A stretch of 62,697 nucleotides of DNA, filler included, from Globobulimina sp. (GCA_003354225.1; 36 parts of 36 records of this genome joined end to end with filler, not necessarily neighbours in it); one strand, 5' to 3'; shown: positions 1-10,984, counted from the whole stretch's first letter. Notes: generated from the sequence alone by a model not told the origin. A program made the numbers and translations.

Positions 1-748
1 TATAAATGGCGAGAGCGGTTTATATGTACAAAATAATAATAATAACAATCCCATTATAAACGCAGGAATCCATGTAATTGGAAACGACACAATGCCGCTA
101 CTTTTAAATTCGCAATCATAATAATTTGAGTTCACAATCACAAATTTTAGCTTTTCCTCAATTACTTCATCAAAAATCTCATCCATTCCACAAAAGGCAG
201 TTTCATCAGAAAATGCAATCTGAAACACAATTATTAATATTTCAGGGATAAATCCAAAGCATAAACACCATGAAAATACTTTTGTAACGGTTGATTTTTG
301 CAGTTTTCTAGATGTTCCATGCAATGAAACGACACACAATGTTAAACAGCTCCACATTAACGCAGAAACACAAGAAAATAAAAAGCGAACCCCATTATCG
401 TGTGTTTCTGTCAATTTCCGGCATGACACTGCTTTACATGTTGATGATTGTGATAGTGCATAATATTCCTCTTGAAATGGTTTATGACCTTCGACATTAA
501 TTGTCATATGTTGCCAGCCTGCGCTCTAATTATAAAAAACATGTTTTTCATATAAGGTATACACATATAATAAACTTAACAACAACAACAGTTCGATTTG
601 CTCCTCCTGGTGTGCTACCTATAAAATTATCATACCGCATAGGCTCATTATCCGTTACAACAACTAAATCACCAGAGATTTCATAAAAGTCATTCAATAC
701 AGCACAAATCATGCAAAACGGAAACAGCAATAGTAACGATATCATCAT
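1..748 (-). CDS. Spliced secreted or membrane-anchored hypothetical protein (about 4 exons, 3' end at window edge)
   Basis: Signal peptide MMISLLLLFPFCMICA. Three GT..AG introns join open exons in frame (NRTVVV|SAGWQH..HDNG|KTAK..IFM|IAFSDE). Hydrophobic C-terminus. Confidence 0.6.
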
Positions 749-987
749 TAATCTAAATACAATCACTGTCATTGCGGCGGTTCGAGTGTCGCAATCACAA
801 TATCTCATTGCACAATGAACGTTGCACATGGTGCTTTTCAAAGGGGTTTTGCTGAAACGATGAAAAATTTGAACGTTGCTATCCTTGCACTCATCAAAGT
901 TCTCTCAAAACAGAAACACAAACACTTTCTTCTACACTTCCCGTTGAAATGATTCTAGTATTTTACCAAAAGGCAGTAATTTCGAGG

Positions 988-1090
988 CTAGGAACGTGTT
1001 TCCAAAAGGGGGCGCGTCTTTGGCGCGAAGCGCCGCGCACCCCGAGGCGGTGGGGATTTGGGCGTTTGGGAGGCGGTGGGGATCGCAATC
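988..1090 (-). mobile_element. GC-rich hairpin followed by CTAG, possible Helitron-type 3' end
   Basis: Minus strand reads GGGGTGCGC-GGCGCTTCGCGCC-AAAGAC-GCGCCCCC, then CTAG about 16 nt later. Direct repeat GAGGCGGTGGGGAT occurs twice. Confidence 0.4.
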
Positions 1091-1096
1091 CATATT

Positions 1097-1160
1097 GTGA
1101 TGATTGCTCAATGAGAGCATCTAATTAAATAAGATTTGGGTCCAAATCCCAATCACCACA
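1097..1160 (+). ncRNA. Minimal tRNA-like element / SINE head, copy 1
   Basis: GTGATGA TT GCTC-AATGA-GAGC, 17-nt anticodon region, TTGGG-TCCAAAT-CCCAA TCACCAC A, then T8. Homologous to 40577-40639. Confidence 0.75.
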
Positions 1161-1277
1161 TTTTTTTTGATTATCCCATGAGTTATTACATTTTTGTTCG
1201 TTTTATATAATGTTTTTTGTTTGTTTTGTTTGTTTTGCGTTTTTCGTTTCTATGTAAAGTGGCATATTATAATTAGA

Positions 1278-1399
1278 AGATAATATCCATTATAAATAAC
1301 ATAATAAAATATCGATTTAGCCAAAATTGCAATGGATTTGTTACCGTAGATTCCATTTTAAAGATCTAATGAGATTTCTATTTATAATGGATATTATCT
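1278..1399. repeat. Perfect 21-bp inverted repeat with 80-bp spacer
   Basis: AGATAATATCCATTATAAATA at 1278-1298 and its reverse complement at 1379-1399. Confidence 0.9.
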
Positions 1400-1457
1400 G
1401 TCATAATTTTAGCAAAAAAAATATAAACAAACCTGTATTAATGCGCCATACGCCAAT

Positions 1458-1526
1458 ATCTCACGCCAGGATTTGAACCTGGATTCCCTGCATAAAACAG
1501 TGCTCTACCAATTGAGCTACGTGAGA
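1458..1526 (-). tRNA. tRNA-like gene with short anticodon arm (possible anticodon UUA)
   Basis: TCTCACG TA GCTC AATTGGTA GAGC A CTG TTTTATG CAG GGAAT CCAGG TTCAAAT CCTGG CGTGAGA T. Acceptor, D and T stems pair perfectly and boxes A/B are canonical. Confidence 0.8.
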
Positions 1527-1646
1527 TTTATGCACCAGCAAATCACAGACAACAAAATGAATATGTTTTGTTGGTATATGGATATAAAAGCTAATGCTGA
1601 GGTGTTCGATAAGATCAGTACAAAACAAAAAAAACCTTTTCGAACA

Positions 1647-1746
1647 NNNNNNNNNNNNNNNNNNNNNNNNNNNNNNNNNNNNNNNNNNNNTTAATTAATT
1701 AANNNNNNNNNNNNNNNNNNNNNNNNNNNNNNNNNNNNNNNNNNNN
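1647..1746. other. Artificial contig linker (first of 35, recurring about every 1745 bp)
   Basis: 100 bp of Ns with a central TTAATTAATTAA giving stops in all six frames. Contig lengths fall steadily from 1646 to 1643 bp. Confidence 0.99.
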
Positions 1747-1951
1747 AAAACACCCCCTGTTTGCGGATATGTTTGAAGTGTGCATGCTATGTTTGTAATA
1801 TGCATGGTGGTGTTTGGTCATGTTTGCATAGTGCATACATATGCACACATATGTAAACATATGATTTACGACCTTAAAAGCTTTTGACATGATGAAAGTA
1901 ACTACTTTAAACATGACTAAAAGTTTTGACTAAAAGTTAAGTTTAAACATG

Positions 1952-2173
1952 TCAAGGACGAGGCACATGGTTTGACATCGCAGCAATTACACAGCATATT
2001 TTGGCCCAAATACCAGCATTGCAACTATTAAAATTCCGCCGGAATGCAAATTCATCTAAATGCATTTGCAAATCATTTGGAGATATCCCCTTCATATCTC
2101 TCAACTCTCTCCGAATCAAAGCCCATAAACCCTCAATTGTATTGGTATGGTTTCCTGTCAAGGTTGTTGCCAT
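1952..2173 (-). mobile_element. Merlin/IS1595 (ISXO2-like) transposase C-terminal fragment
   Basis: Motifs TGNHTNTIEGLW and HLDEFAFRRN. Confidence 0.85.
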
Positions 2174-2277
2174 TGGCTCTGGAGATTTATAAGGTTGTTG
2201 AAGTGAAGTAGTGACTTCGCAGCCAAAACATTCATGAGCCGCAGACTGATACTACGCAGACAAGGAATACAAAGATC

Positions 2278-2415
2278 ATGTTTACATATGTGTGCATATG
2301 TTTGCATATGTTTGCCTATGTTTGGTGGTGTTTGCCTATGTTTGGTGGTGTTTGCCTATGTTTGGTATATGCATGCTGTGTTTGGTGGTGTTTGCCTATG
2401 TTTGGTGGTGTTTGC
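2278..2415 (+). repeat. 20-bp tandem repeat (TTTGGTGGTGTTTGCCTATG) plus an inverted-repeat arm
   Basis: About 5 degenerate units. 2278-2300 is the exact reverse complement of 1838-1860. Confidence 0.85.
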
Positions 2416-2447
2416 AAAACTCAATGGAACACAAATACAGTCACTCA

Positions 2448-2921
2448 CTACAAACGGAACAAATGCATGTTTTTATGTGACAAACAACCTGCAGTATATA
2501 TATATATATATATATGTGTACATACCCCGGTCGCACAATCGATATCATTCCATTCTCCACTTGTACTTATTTCAACACAATCTTCTCCCAATAATGCATC
2601 ATTTGGTTCATCGGGAGCCCATGGAAGGGTGAAATATGTTGTACCATAAACAAAGTCTGTGCCATCAGTCCAAACCCATGTGTCTTCTACCACAGAATCT
2701 TCTGCACCAATCCATGATGTAGCTCCTCCCGTTGTGGCTAATGCTTCTAATCGTTGTGAATTATCATGGATTGATGCTAAATGGGTGTCATAATAAAAGA
2801 GACATGTGGCCTCCCAATCTGAATGTGACAATTGATATGTCGAGCCATGATACATATAGTTTTGTGAATGCGTAATAATGCATAGCGTAAAAACGTGTAA
2901 TAACTGCAAAACGAAGGACAT
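2448..2921 (-). CDS. Secreted C-type lectin domain protein
   Basis: Signal peptide; LASIH, WIG, WVWTDG, EPN, EDCV and WNDIDC motifs. Probable short intron from about 2524, so the 3' end is approximate. Confidence 0.88.
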   Translation of the reverse strand: MSFVLQLLHVFTLCIITHSQNYMYHGSTYQLSHSDWEATCLFYYDTHLASIHDNSQRLEALATTGGATSWIGAEDSVVEDTWVWTDGTDFVYGTTYFTLPWAPDEPNDALLGEDCVEISTSGEWNDIDCATGVCTHIYIYIYTAGCLSHKNMHLFRL

Positions 2922-2994
2922 GGCGGCACGAATTTGACTTTCTGAATGTTGTTGAAAAAACTTTCGACTGCCTGCTACATCAACAGTTTGCTAG

Positions 2995-3392
2995 ATGTCA
3001 ACAGATTGCTCAGTTTTGGCAGAAATGGCCACTGAAGGGAATTTTGCAAATTATAAAAATGTGAATAACCAAACATTGGACACAATCTGGTTAAATGAAG
3101 ACTTCACAGCACTTTTTAATAAACGATATTGGGCATCCTCTGAATTCTTAATAGCATTTATGGTTTACATGATTTGTTCATTTATACTCATCCCAGTGAT
3201 ATTTTTTTATTTATATCCCAAATATGATACGCACAAAAGATTAACTTTTTATTTACAGAGATCGAGGGAAAACACTATTCCTTCATTACGAGTACATATA
3301 AGAAAATTGTTTCATATTCATACCATGCAACCTGATAATATCATAGATATTATATTGGATTTCGGAGACTTTCAGTTATTACATAAAGACAT
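2995..3392 (+). CDS. Hypothetical membrane protein (partial)
   Basis: ATG-initiated ORF with one TM segment, open to the contig end. Confidence 0.55.
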
Positions 3393-3492
3393 NNNNNNNN
3401 NNNNNNNNNNNNNNNNNNNNNNNNNNNNNNNNNNNNTTAATTAATTAANNNNNNNNNNNNNNNNNNNNNNNNNNNNNNNNNNNNNNNNNNNN

Positions 3493-4049
3493 GGCCTGCA
3501 TTCATCGCTGTTGATCATAGAAATATGAACTCCGCCTTTTTTCAAATGTTTAGAAGTTGTAGAAATCATAGTTTCTAAATGGTTAATATTTGGTGCATTG
3601 TTATATAGCCACATTGCTAGCACAATATCAAACGGCTCTATTTGTAATTGTAGTGAATTAATATCAGAAGCATCCGATACGGAATATTCTATTTCACCAT
3701 TATTGCTATAGTCAGATTTAGCGGCATCAATTTGTGATTGTGATATGTCAAAACCAATAATTTGAGCGTCGATGTTATTTGCTTTGCATTCATTCAGTAT
3801 TTGCACTGTAAAATCTCCAGTACCACATCCTAAGTCTAAAATTCGTAGTGCTTTATTATTAGTGTTGCTGTATTTGGCTTGTTGTGGAATAGTATATTTA
3901 TTCAAAGCTATCGCGGATTTAATTTGAAGCATCATATTATATCGATATGCTGAGAAAGCCCATTTCAATGTAGTAGCCGTGATCGTGTTGTATTTGTTCG
4001 TATTTTTATAATCATATTTAATTCCTGCACCACCTTTCGATTTAAACAT
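3493..4049 (-). CDS. Class I SAM-dependent methyltransferase (3' partial)
   Basis: ILDLGCGTG motif I, GFDIS, FDIV, LKKGG. Confidence 0.9.
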
Positions 4050-4200
4050 TGCTACAACGGAATGGAGAAGCTTTTTGAGTGAGTGTTGGTTGCTATTGAC
4101 ATACATAATAATAGAAATAAATTCTCGATTTCTGATAAAAAAACTGTGGTGTGGATGCATCTGATATGGTCACTTCTCATGACACACAAATATATGATGC

Positions 4201-4860
4201 ATGGATGTTACTAATAATATCATATAATATTTGAATGCAGCTCTTAGATCGCCAGGTTTGGCGCAGAAAGGTTGGTACAAAAAATATCCATCAAAGCATC
4301 AAGTATTAAAACAACAATTTAAAGCTGAAATGGAAGAGAATTCGAAGCAAAAAATAAATGAAAAATACATTACTTATGAAGATAACTTTGAATTTCCTCA
4401 ACATTTAACACGTCCGGTTCGCTCTTATTTTTCTGAGGAATTAAAAGGTCACATCCTGAGAATGGATAATTTTTGTTTTTGTTTGAATAATGCTGTTTGC
4501 ATCGATACACAGACTGTGAGTTGCCTCGATTACAGCATTTATTATATTGTGTTAACGTTTGCAGCCATCGCCACCATTGTTGCCGGCTCCTTTTTTCTCT
4601 TTGCAACACGGCTTTTGATTATGGAGTATTATAAGATGACAAAGCATTTAACATCCACGGAATATAGAAATTATTTGCAGTTAGAAGCAGTGTGCAATTT
4701 TTATGCAATAAAGTTTGTAGAAACACATGAGTTTAGCGAATGATTGGCAATAATATGTGGTGCTGGTTATATAATACCAATTGCTCCGCATTTAATCAAT
4801 AAAGATAAAATTGATGCACTTTATGCGGAGATTGAAGCAAAAGAAAGGGAGAGAATGTGA
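4201..4860 (+). pseudogene. Membrane-protein ORF with two in-frame stops
   Basis: One frame runs from ATG 4201 to TGA 4860, interrupted by TAA 4225-4227 and TGA 4741-4743. Confidence 0.5.
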
Positions 4861-5253
4861 CTAAATATTCAGTAGCATTAATATTGTAGTTATCTTGCAT
4901 GCAATTCCATGTTTTTTGAGAATTGTGTCAGCTGCTTTGACAGTCACAGATGTCTGAAAAATACAAAACAAATAACTGATTAAAAATTACTCACAAGTTA
5001 CAAATAAGCAACTATAAATAACACGAATGCAATTATTCAAATAAGTCTTTTTTTTCTTGTTAACAATTATCAAATGGAGGCCAATCAAAATCATCTCTAC
5101 GCCCCGGATGTCCAGTACCATCGGATCTATAAATTACTNNNNNNNNNNNNNNNNNNNNNNNNNNNNNNNNNNNNNNNNNNNNTTAATTAATTAANNNNNN
5201 NNNNNNNNNNNNNNNNNNNNNNNNNNNNNNNNNNNNNNTTTCCAACTCACATC

Positions 5254-6360
5254 ATGTCAACAAGAACAACAAAAAGGAAACAACCCAAGGCAAAAAAAGA
5301 TAGCATCTTTGACAAAAAGAGAGCATATAACCGAGATGCAGATTCATGGGATTTCGACGCACAACAAATGACACGGCAAGATTCCAACAGAAAACTAACC
5401 ATCGGCGATAAAGTCGAAAATGCCATACATAATGTTGGCGAAATAACAGAGGAGAAAGTCAGTGTAATCACCAGTAAAAACAATAAGAACGAGAACATCA
5501 AAAATCTGTCCAAGATGAAAGCCGGTGATGCCGTCGCCATTGTCGACACATTAATTCCTGCAAAATTCATTCGTTGGATATTGCGATTTGTGGTTGGTTT
5601 GTATGGCTTCATTGGCTTTATCTGTGTCGCCTTATTGGTCGTTTATTGCGCAGATTACTTCATCGCCACTTTTTATCGCAGCTACAGCAAACACGATTAT
5701 ATATTCCTGTGGATCATCATTGTATTATGCACAAAGGGTGCCATTATAGGCTTATATGGCACCTTCAAATATGGCGCAGTCGACGAACAAATGGATATAT
5801 TGAGAGACCAAAATGAGAGCTTACGGCACAGAATCAAGAATGTGACCGATGATAGCGATAAATTGCAAGAATCCATTGATGCATTTCAGTTGCAAGTGGA
5901 TGGTATTATGGACAATGAATCTGACCTAAGAGCACAGGTTAAGGCGTTCCAGAAGTTGGAGAATGCGTTGAAAGCAGAATCTAAATCGCAGAATGCAGAA
6001 ATTGTAAAGTTTTTAAATGAGGTTCGCGACTTATTTGGAGAGTTTAAATTGTTGCAGATCCAGGTGGAGAAAACTAATTTGCTGAATTTATTTTATGAGT
6101 TAGAGTTTCGCGACGATGATGTCGAAGGTTTAAATGAAACCGAATATGATATGTTCCTGAGTCGGTTGGATAAGTCCACGGCGGCGAAGTTTAAGAAAAC
6201 TTTTGCGGACATGGATGAAAATGGAGATGGTACTATTGATTTGAATGAATTTCAGTCTGCGATAAATCTTATTTATAAGAGGATAGAGGTTGGCAATAAA
6301 TATTCCAAAGGTAAAGGAAAGAAAAGGCAAAAAGGAAAATGGAATAAGTTTTTGAAATAA
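5254..6360 (+). CDS. Transmembrane, coiled-coil, EF-hand protein
   Basis: 368-aa ORF with two TM segments, a heptad region and the canonical EF loop DENGDGTIDLNE. Confidence 0.88.
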   Translation: MSTRTTKRKQPKAKKDSIFDKKRAYNRDADSWDFDAQQMTRQDSNRKLTIGDKVENAIHNVGEITEEKVSVITSKNNKNENIKNLSKMKAGDAVAIVDTLIPAKFIRWILRFVVGLYGFIGFICVALLVVYCADYFIATFYRSYSKHDYIFLWIIIVLCTKGAIIGLYGTFKYGAVDEQMDILRDQNESLRHRIKNVTDDSDKLQESIDAFQLQVDGIMDNESDLRAQVKAFQKLENALKAESKSQNAEIVKFLNEVRDLFGEFKLLQIQVEKTNLLNLFYELEFRDDDVEGLNETEYDMFLSRLDKSTAAKFKKTFADMDENGDGTIDLNEFQSAINLIYKRIEVGNKYSKGKGKKRQKGKWNKFLK

Positions 6361-6534
6361 ACTGCAGTCGACGTACCTGAGTTTTTGCACCAAAACAAGC
6401 TGGATTGAGACGAACAAATCTATTTTCAATCAACAGTCTCACCAGTTTTATTTGTGCAAATATTATAATATTATCTAGCCAAGCTGTCGTAAATGTTTTT
6501 TAAATAGTTTTTAGTTGTTGTATAAGAACAAAAC

Positions 6535-6884
6535 ATGGCTAGCAAACTTTTACCACTGGAATTAATTGACAAATGTATTGGATCGAGATTATGGATAATA
6601 ATGAAAGGGGATAAGGAGTTAGTTGGCATTTTACGCGGTTTTGATGATTATGTGAATATGGTGTTAGAGGATGTGACTGAATATGAAATAACACCAAATG
6701 GCAAAAAAATATCCAAATTAGATTCAATATTATTAAATGGTAAAAATGTGTGTTTATTAGTTCCGGGAGGAGCACCACAAGAAAATGATGATATAGTCGA
6801 AAATACGGATAATGCAAATCAGGATAATGGATGTGATGAAAACAAAGAGGAACGTAAACAAAATGATGATGATGATGACGACGA
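6535..6884 (+). CDS. LSM5: U6 snRNA-associated Sm-like protein LSm5 (3' partial)
   Basis: [41 protein letters not shown]. Confidence 0.96.
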
Positions 6885-7035
6885 NNNNNNNNNNNNNNNN
6901 NNNNNNNNNNNNNNNNNNNNNNNNNNNNTTAATTAATTAANNNNNNNNNNNNNNNNNNNNNNNNNNNNNNNNNNNNNNNNNNNNCTGTTTGTATCTGTTT
7001 GGTGGAGCCGTGATTCACGACTTTGCTTTTGCAAA

Positions 7036-8400
7036 ATGGACGTGGACGCTCTCCGCCCTACGCATAGGTTGGAAGTTGCAGCAGAGCAAGACGAAAAATG
7101 GTGGGATGTACTGGAATTAATTGAGTTTGGCGTAGATTTCGAACCTGAACAAACATTAACAGCCATATATACCATAAAGAAAGCCAACAAAAAAGATGTT
7201 GATGTCTGTAAAAAAATAGCCAACCAATGTTTGGATACAATGAATGAGAAACAGATACGTTGGGATGAAGTGTTTGTTCGGTGTTGCTATCATGGAAAGG
7301 TGGCAATGGCGGAGTTTTTGTTGATTAATTCCAGCAATGATAAAAAGGCATTGTCTGCTCCAAACAACAAAGTTAAAATTGATGACGATGGAGTTGAGGT
7401 GCAACAGATGGGAATGGAAATGGAAGTCGAAGAATATGCAGATAAACAGTATGATTTTGAATTAAATGTAAATTTATCTGACAATAATCAACAAAATGCG
7501 TTGTTTTACGCGCTTGCATATGGACTTATTCATAAAGAAACTACTGCGAAAATAGTGCAACTTTTGCTGGATATGGATGTAAATGTGAATCAAAAGGATA
7601 TAAATGGCAGAACTGCCTTTTCCTATGCGGCTGAAAATGGTTATCTTGAAATTGTAAAATTATTACTTATGAATGGCGCCGATGTCAACATCACTGACGA
7701 TGTGAATGGACATTCTGCACTGTTTTTTGCCGTATTTAATAAACAGAAATCTATCGTACAATATTTAGTTGAGAATGAAAACGTAAATGTTTCCCAGACC
7801 GATGCCGAGGGAGTGACTGTGTTCGAGTATGCTGCGGATAGACTGGATAATGAAATGGTGGATATATTGATAGAGGGATTATATGAATTTATAATAATTT
7901 TAGATTGCATATTTTTTTTTCAACGTGTAAATATGGTTGGTGTTTCATCGCAGATCTTAAAGTATGTCATTTTGTTGTACATATTAATGAAATAATGCTT
8001 GTGTGTGATTTGTAAATAAGAACAAGAAAAGATATCAAATATCTTGATGCGAATCTACGTGATCATAAAGAAGAATTTATGCGATTAGTCCGCGATGAAA
8101 ATGAAGTATGGATTGCCACCGCTGCAGAGATTGCAAGTTTTGTGTTTGGCGAAGATGCGAATAGATTTAAGAAATTGCCGCATGTATTCATCGAGGAGCT
8201 ACAAGAGGAAGTTGACAATTCCGAGGAAATGGAAATTGAAAATAATAATCAAAGTGCTTTTAATTATCGATATGATGAGACAAAGAATAAAAGCTTACAT
8301 TTAGAATGGTTAAAAGATGATATTGCTAAACATGAATGGATGGATGACTTTGGTGAAAAACCGGTATTACAAACTGTTAAATATATATTATATTTGGTTC
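7036..8400 (+). CDS. Ankyrin-repeat protein (spliced, end approximate)
   Basis: GRTAFSYAAENGYLEIVKLLL, GHSALFFAV and further ankyrin repeats. A downstream exon lies at about 8020-8395. Confidence 0.88.
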
Positions 8401-9811
8401 GGTGGGTTCCAATATTTGTGATTGCTATGTGTTTTACTGTCAGTGTTGATGTTGCTATGTTGGTGATAAACAATATGAGTGATTGTAATAAAATATATGT
8501 GTCTATTTCGGTGGGTGCTATTGATATAAATGAGTTTATATTTGTTGGGTGTATTATTCATATTATTGTGTGCTTTATGTTTGAATATGTTGCAGTAAAT
8601 GGCGGTTTACTTACTGTTATGAATCATTTANNNNNNNNNNNNNNNNNNNNNNNNNNNNNNNNNNNNNNNNNNNNTTAATTAATTAANNNNNNNNNNNNNN
8701 NNNNNNNNNNNNNNNNNNNNNNNNNNNNNNACAGTATATGCCTCTTGATAGCTCGGTAATATTCAGAAATTAAACCATTTCGGGTCGCTGATTTTTCCTC
8801 TGATTGCACCCTTTCTTATTTTCTCAAGTTAACCCACTTTTTACACCTCTTTCTACTATTATTATATTGTGATTTTAACGCTCAATTGACGTCAAATCGG
8901 CCGTCTTCTATAAATTTGTCCCATAGAAAATTTATGAGCCAACTATTTGGGCCGATTATTCAATTGGCGATCAATAAGGAGAGAGAACGGACGTTTTCTG
9001 TCGTCGAAATAATTGTTAGTGATGGATTGCTTCATATTAGCGCCTTTTTGGGAAAATTAGCTCCCTTTACGTTTGTATAAGATGGTCGATTTGTCTTCAT
9101 CCTTTATTCATTCTCTTCTTGGCATGAATATACCTATACAATGCATAAATGCTACATGTTACACTTACAGCTATACTATGCATTATCTAGCTAATTACAT
9201 TACGTTTCATTTGTTAAGTTGGACTTTGTTATCCCTGTTGGCTTAATTGTGTGTTCAATTTTAATTATTTTCTTTCAGCCCAACTCTTCTATAACCTCTG
9301 ATCCTCATTCTCCTCCTGTTGATGATTTTTGCTATCCAATTGTCTCCTCTGCTGTGCTTCAGTCTCCTGGTGGACCAATTCCACCCGCCAGTCAGCAATA
9401 CAATAATAATCAATTTGTATCGCAGGAACCGTCCGTGTCACTGTCATCGCCACAATATCAAGCCAGTAAATCATCCGAAGTACAATCACCTAGAGCACTC
9501 ATTTCTCCAAGACAAACAGTAGACGCGGCGAGGTCCAATAATTGCCAAAGAGAAGGGGATATGGATGAACAAGTTGAACTGGAAGTTAGTACAAAATTAA
9601 TGCCGTATTCTGTACACTTCACTATTTTCTTTACATATACCTGTGTCTTACTATTAGATGTTCGCTTTTTAGTGGGGAAAATAAATAAAAAGCTTTTCTA
9701 GTTTTTCTTGTTGCATACTTTTCATGGGGCATTGTTGCGTCATTGGATTTGTCCACATGAAAAGTGGCAAAAAGTATTCATTCTTCAAACTAAAATGCGA
9801 ATGTTCTATTA

Positions 9812-10280
9812 CAGGGTTCGTGCCAATCAGGGGAAACTCAGGGGATTTAAATTGCATCAGGGGATTCGGTGTCTACTCAGGGGATTTTGGCTCGAATAAC
9901 GGAAAATTTTGCTTCTAAAAGGCATTTTGCTCAAAAATGCTGGCCTTTGGCCAGATTCCCCTCCACTGTAGTAAATTTGGCATCTAGAACACCAAACCTC
10001 ACAAAATTTCTGGCCCTCGGCCATAATTGCACTCTAAAAGTCAATTTTATTATCAAAACTGCCATTTGGATTTTGGCATTGCTCAGGGGGAACTCAGGGG
10101 GCCCCTGGCAAGCCTGCGCGCGGTCGGGCGCTCCTCGCCCGCCGGAACTTGGACGGCCGCGTCGCGGCCAAAGCAATTTGCCCTACTAGAAAAACATTTT
10201 TTTTTCACTATATTTGGTCAGGGAATTTTGATTTTGGTCAGGGAAAATGGGATTGCCTGACCAGACCAGTACGAACCCTG
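9812..10280. mobile_element. MITE-like non-autonomous DNA transposon
   Basis: Termini CAGGGTTCGT / ACGAACCCTG, many internal TCAGGG motifs, GC-rich core, no convincing ORF, no clean TSD. Confidence 0.8.
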
Positions 10281-10476
10281 TTGTTATTAAATAATGGCTG
10301 CAAACATACACGGGTGAGGGGGTAATGGGGGTTTATCACCCCCCTCCGTATCAAAATGCAAACCCCCGATCCGCAANNNNNNNNNNNNNNNNNNNNNNNN
10401 NNNNNNNNNNNNNNNNNNNNTTAATTAATTAANNNNNNNNNNNNNNNNNNNNNNNNNNNNNNNNNNNNNNNNNNNN

Positions 10477-10915
10477 TGGAGTATATTTGTTGTGGAATAT
10501 GCAATGTGTTAAGGTTTGGTATACAATTACCTGGGTTTGTAGGTTGATGACAGATATCTTGGCATGAATCGACTGTGCATGCAATGGAACGAATGGTTGT
10601 TGTTGTTGGACAATGCACTGTTATGTTATTACACGCGTCGGAATTATCATTCTCACAATTTCGAATGGTTAATAATGATGACTTGGTTGCATCGATTATC
10701 ATAGAAGTGCATGATTCTTCTTTTGCAATATTACAACTTATAACGCATTTTTTATCTGGTGGACAAATAATAAGTATGTCAAAGCATGATTGGTCTGTAT
10801 TACAATCAACAAAACAATCTTCTGATGATTTACATATAATATCATCACCAGTTGCGTTGTAACTGTAAATTTCAGCATTACAATGCTGTAATATGACTAT
10901 CAGTAGTAAGAGCAT
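10477..10915 (-). CDS. Secreted cysteine-rich protein (partial)
   Basis: Signal peptide MLLLLIVILQHCNA and regularly spaced cysteines. Confidence 0.75.
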
Positions 10916-10984
10916 GATCAGATTTAATTTAGACCGGAAAAATGAAATTGTGGTTGTAAAGTTTTTTCCACACCTCACTCAACA

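Noticed and set aside
2278-2415. CRISPR array, and the overlapping ORFs at 2234-2649
   Set aside because: The units are adjacent with no unique spacers; the ORFs are translations of the repeat.
6361-6375. CTGCAGTCGAC as vector polylinker
   Set aside because: Only 11 bp, with no other vector sequence nearby.
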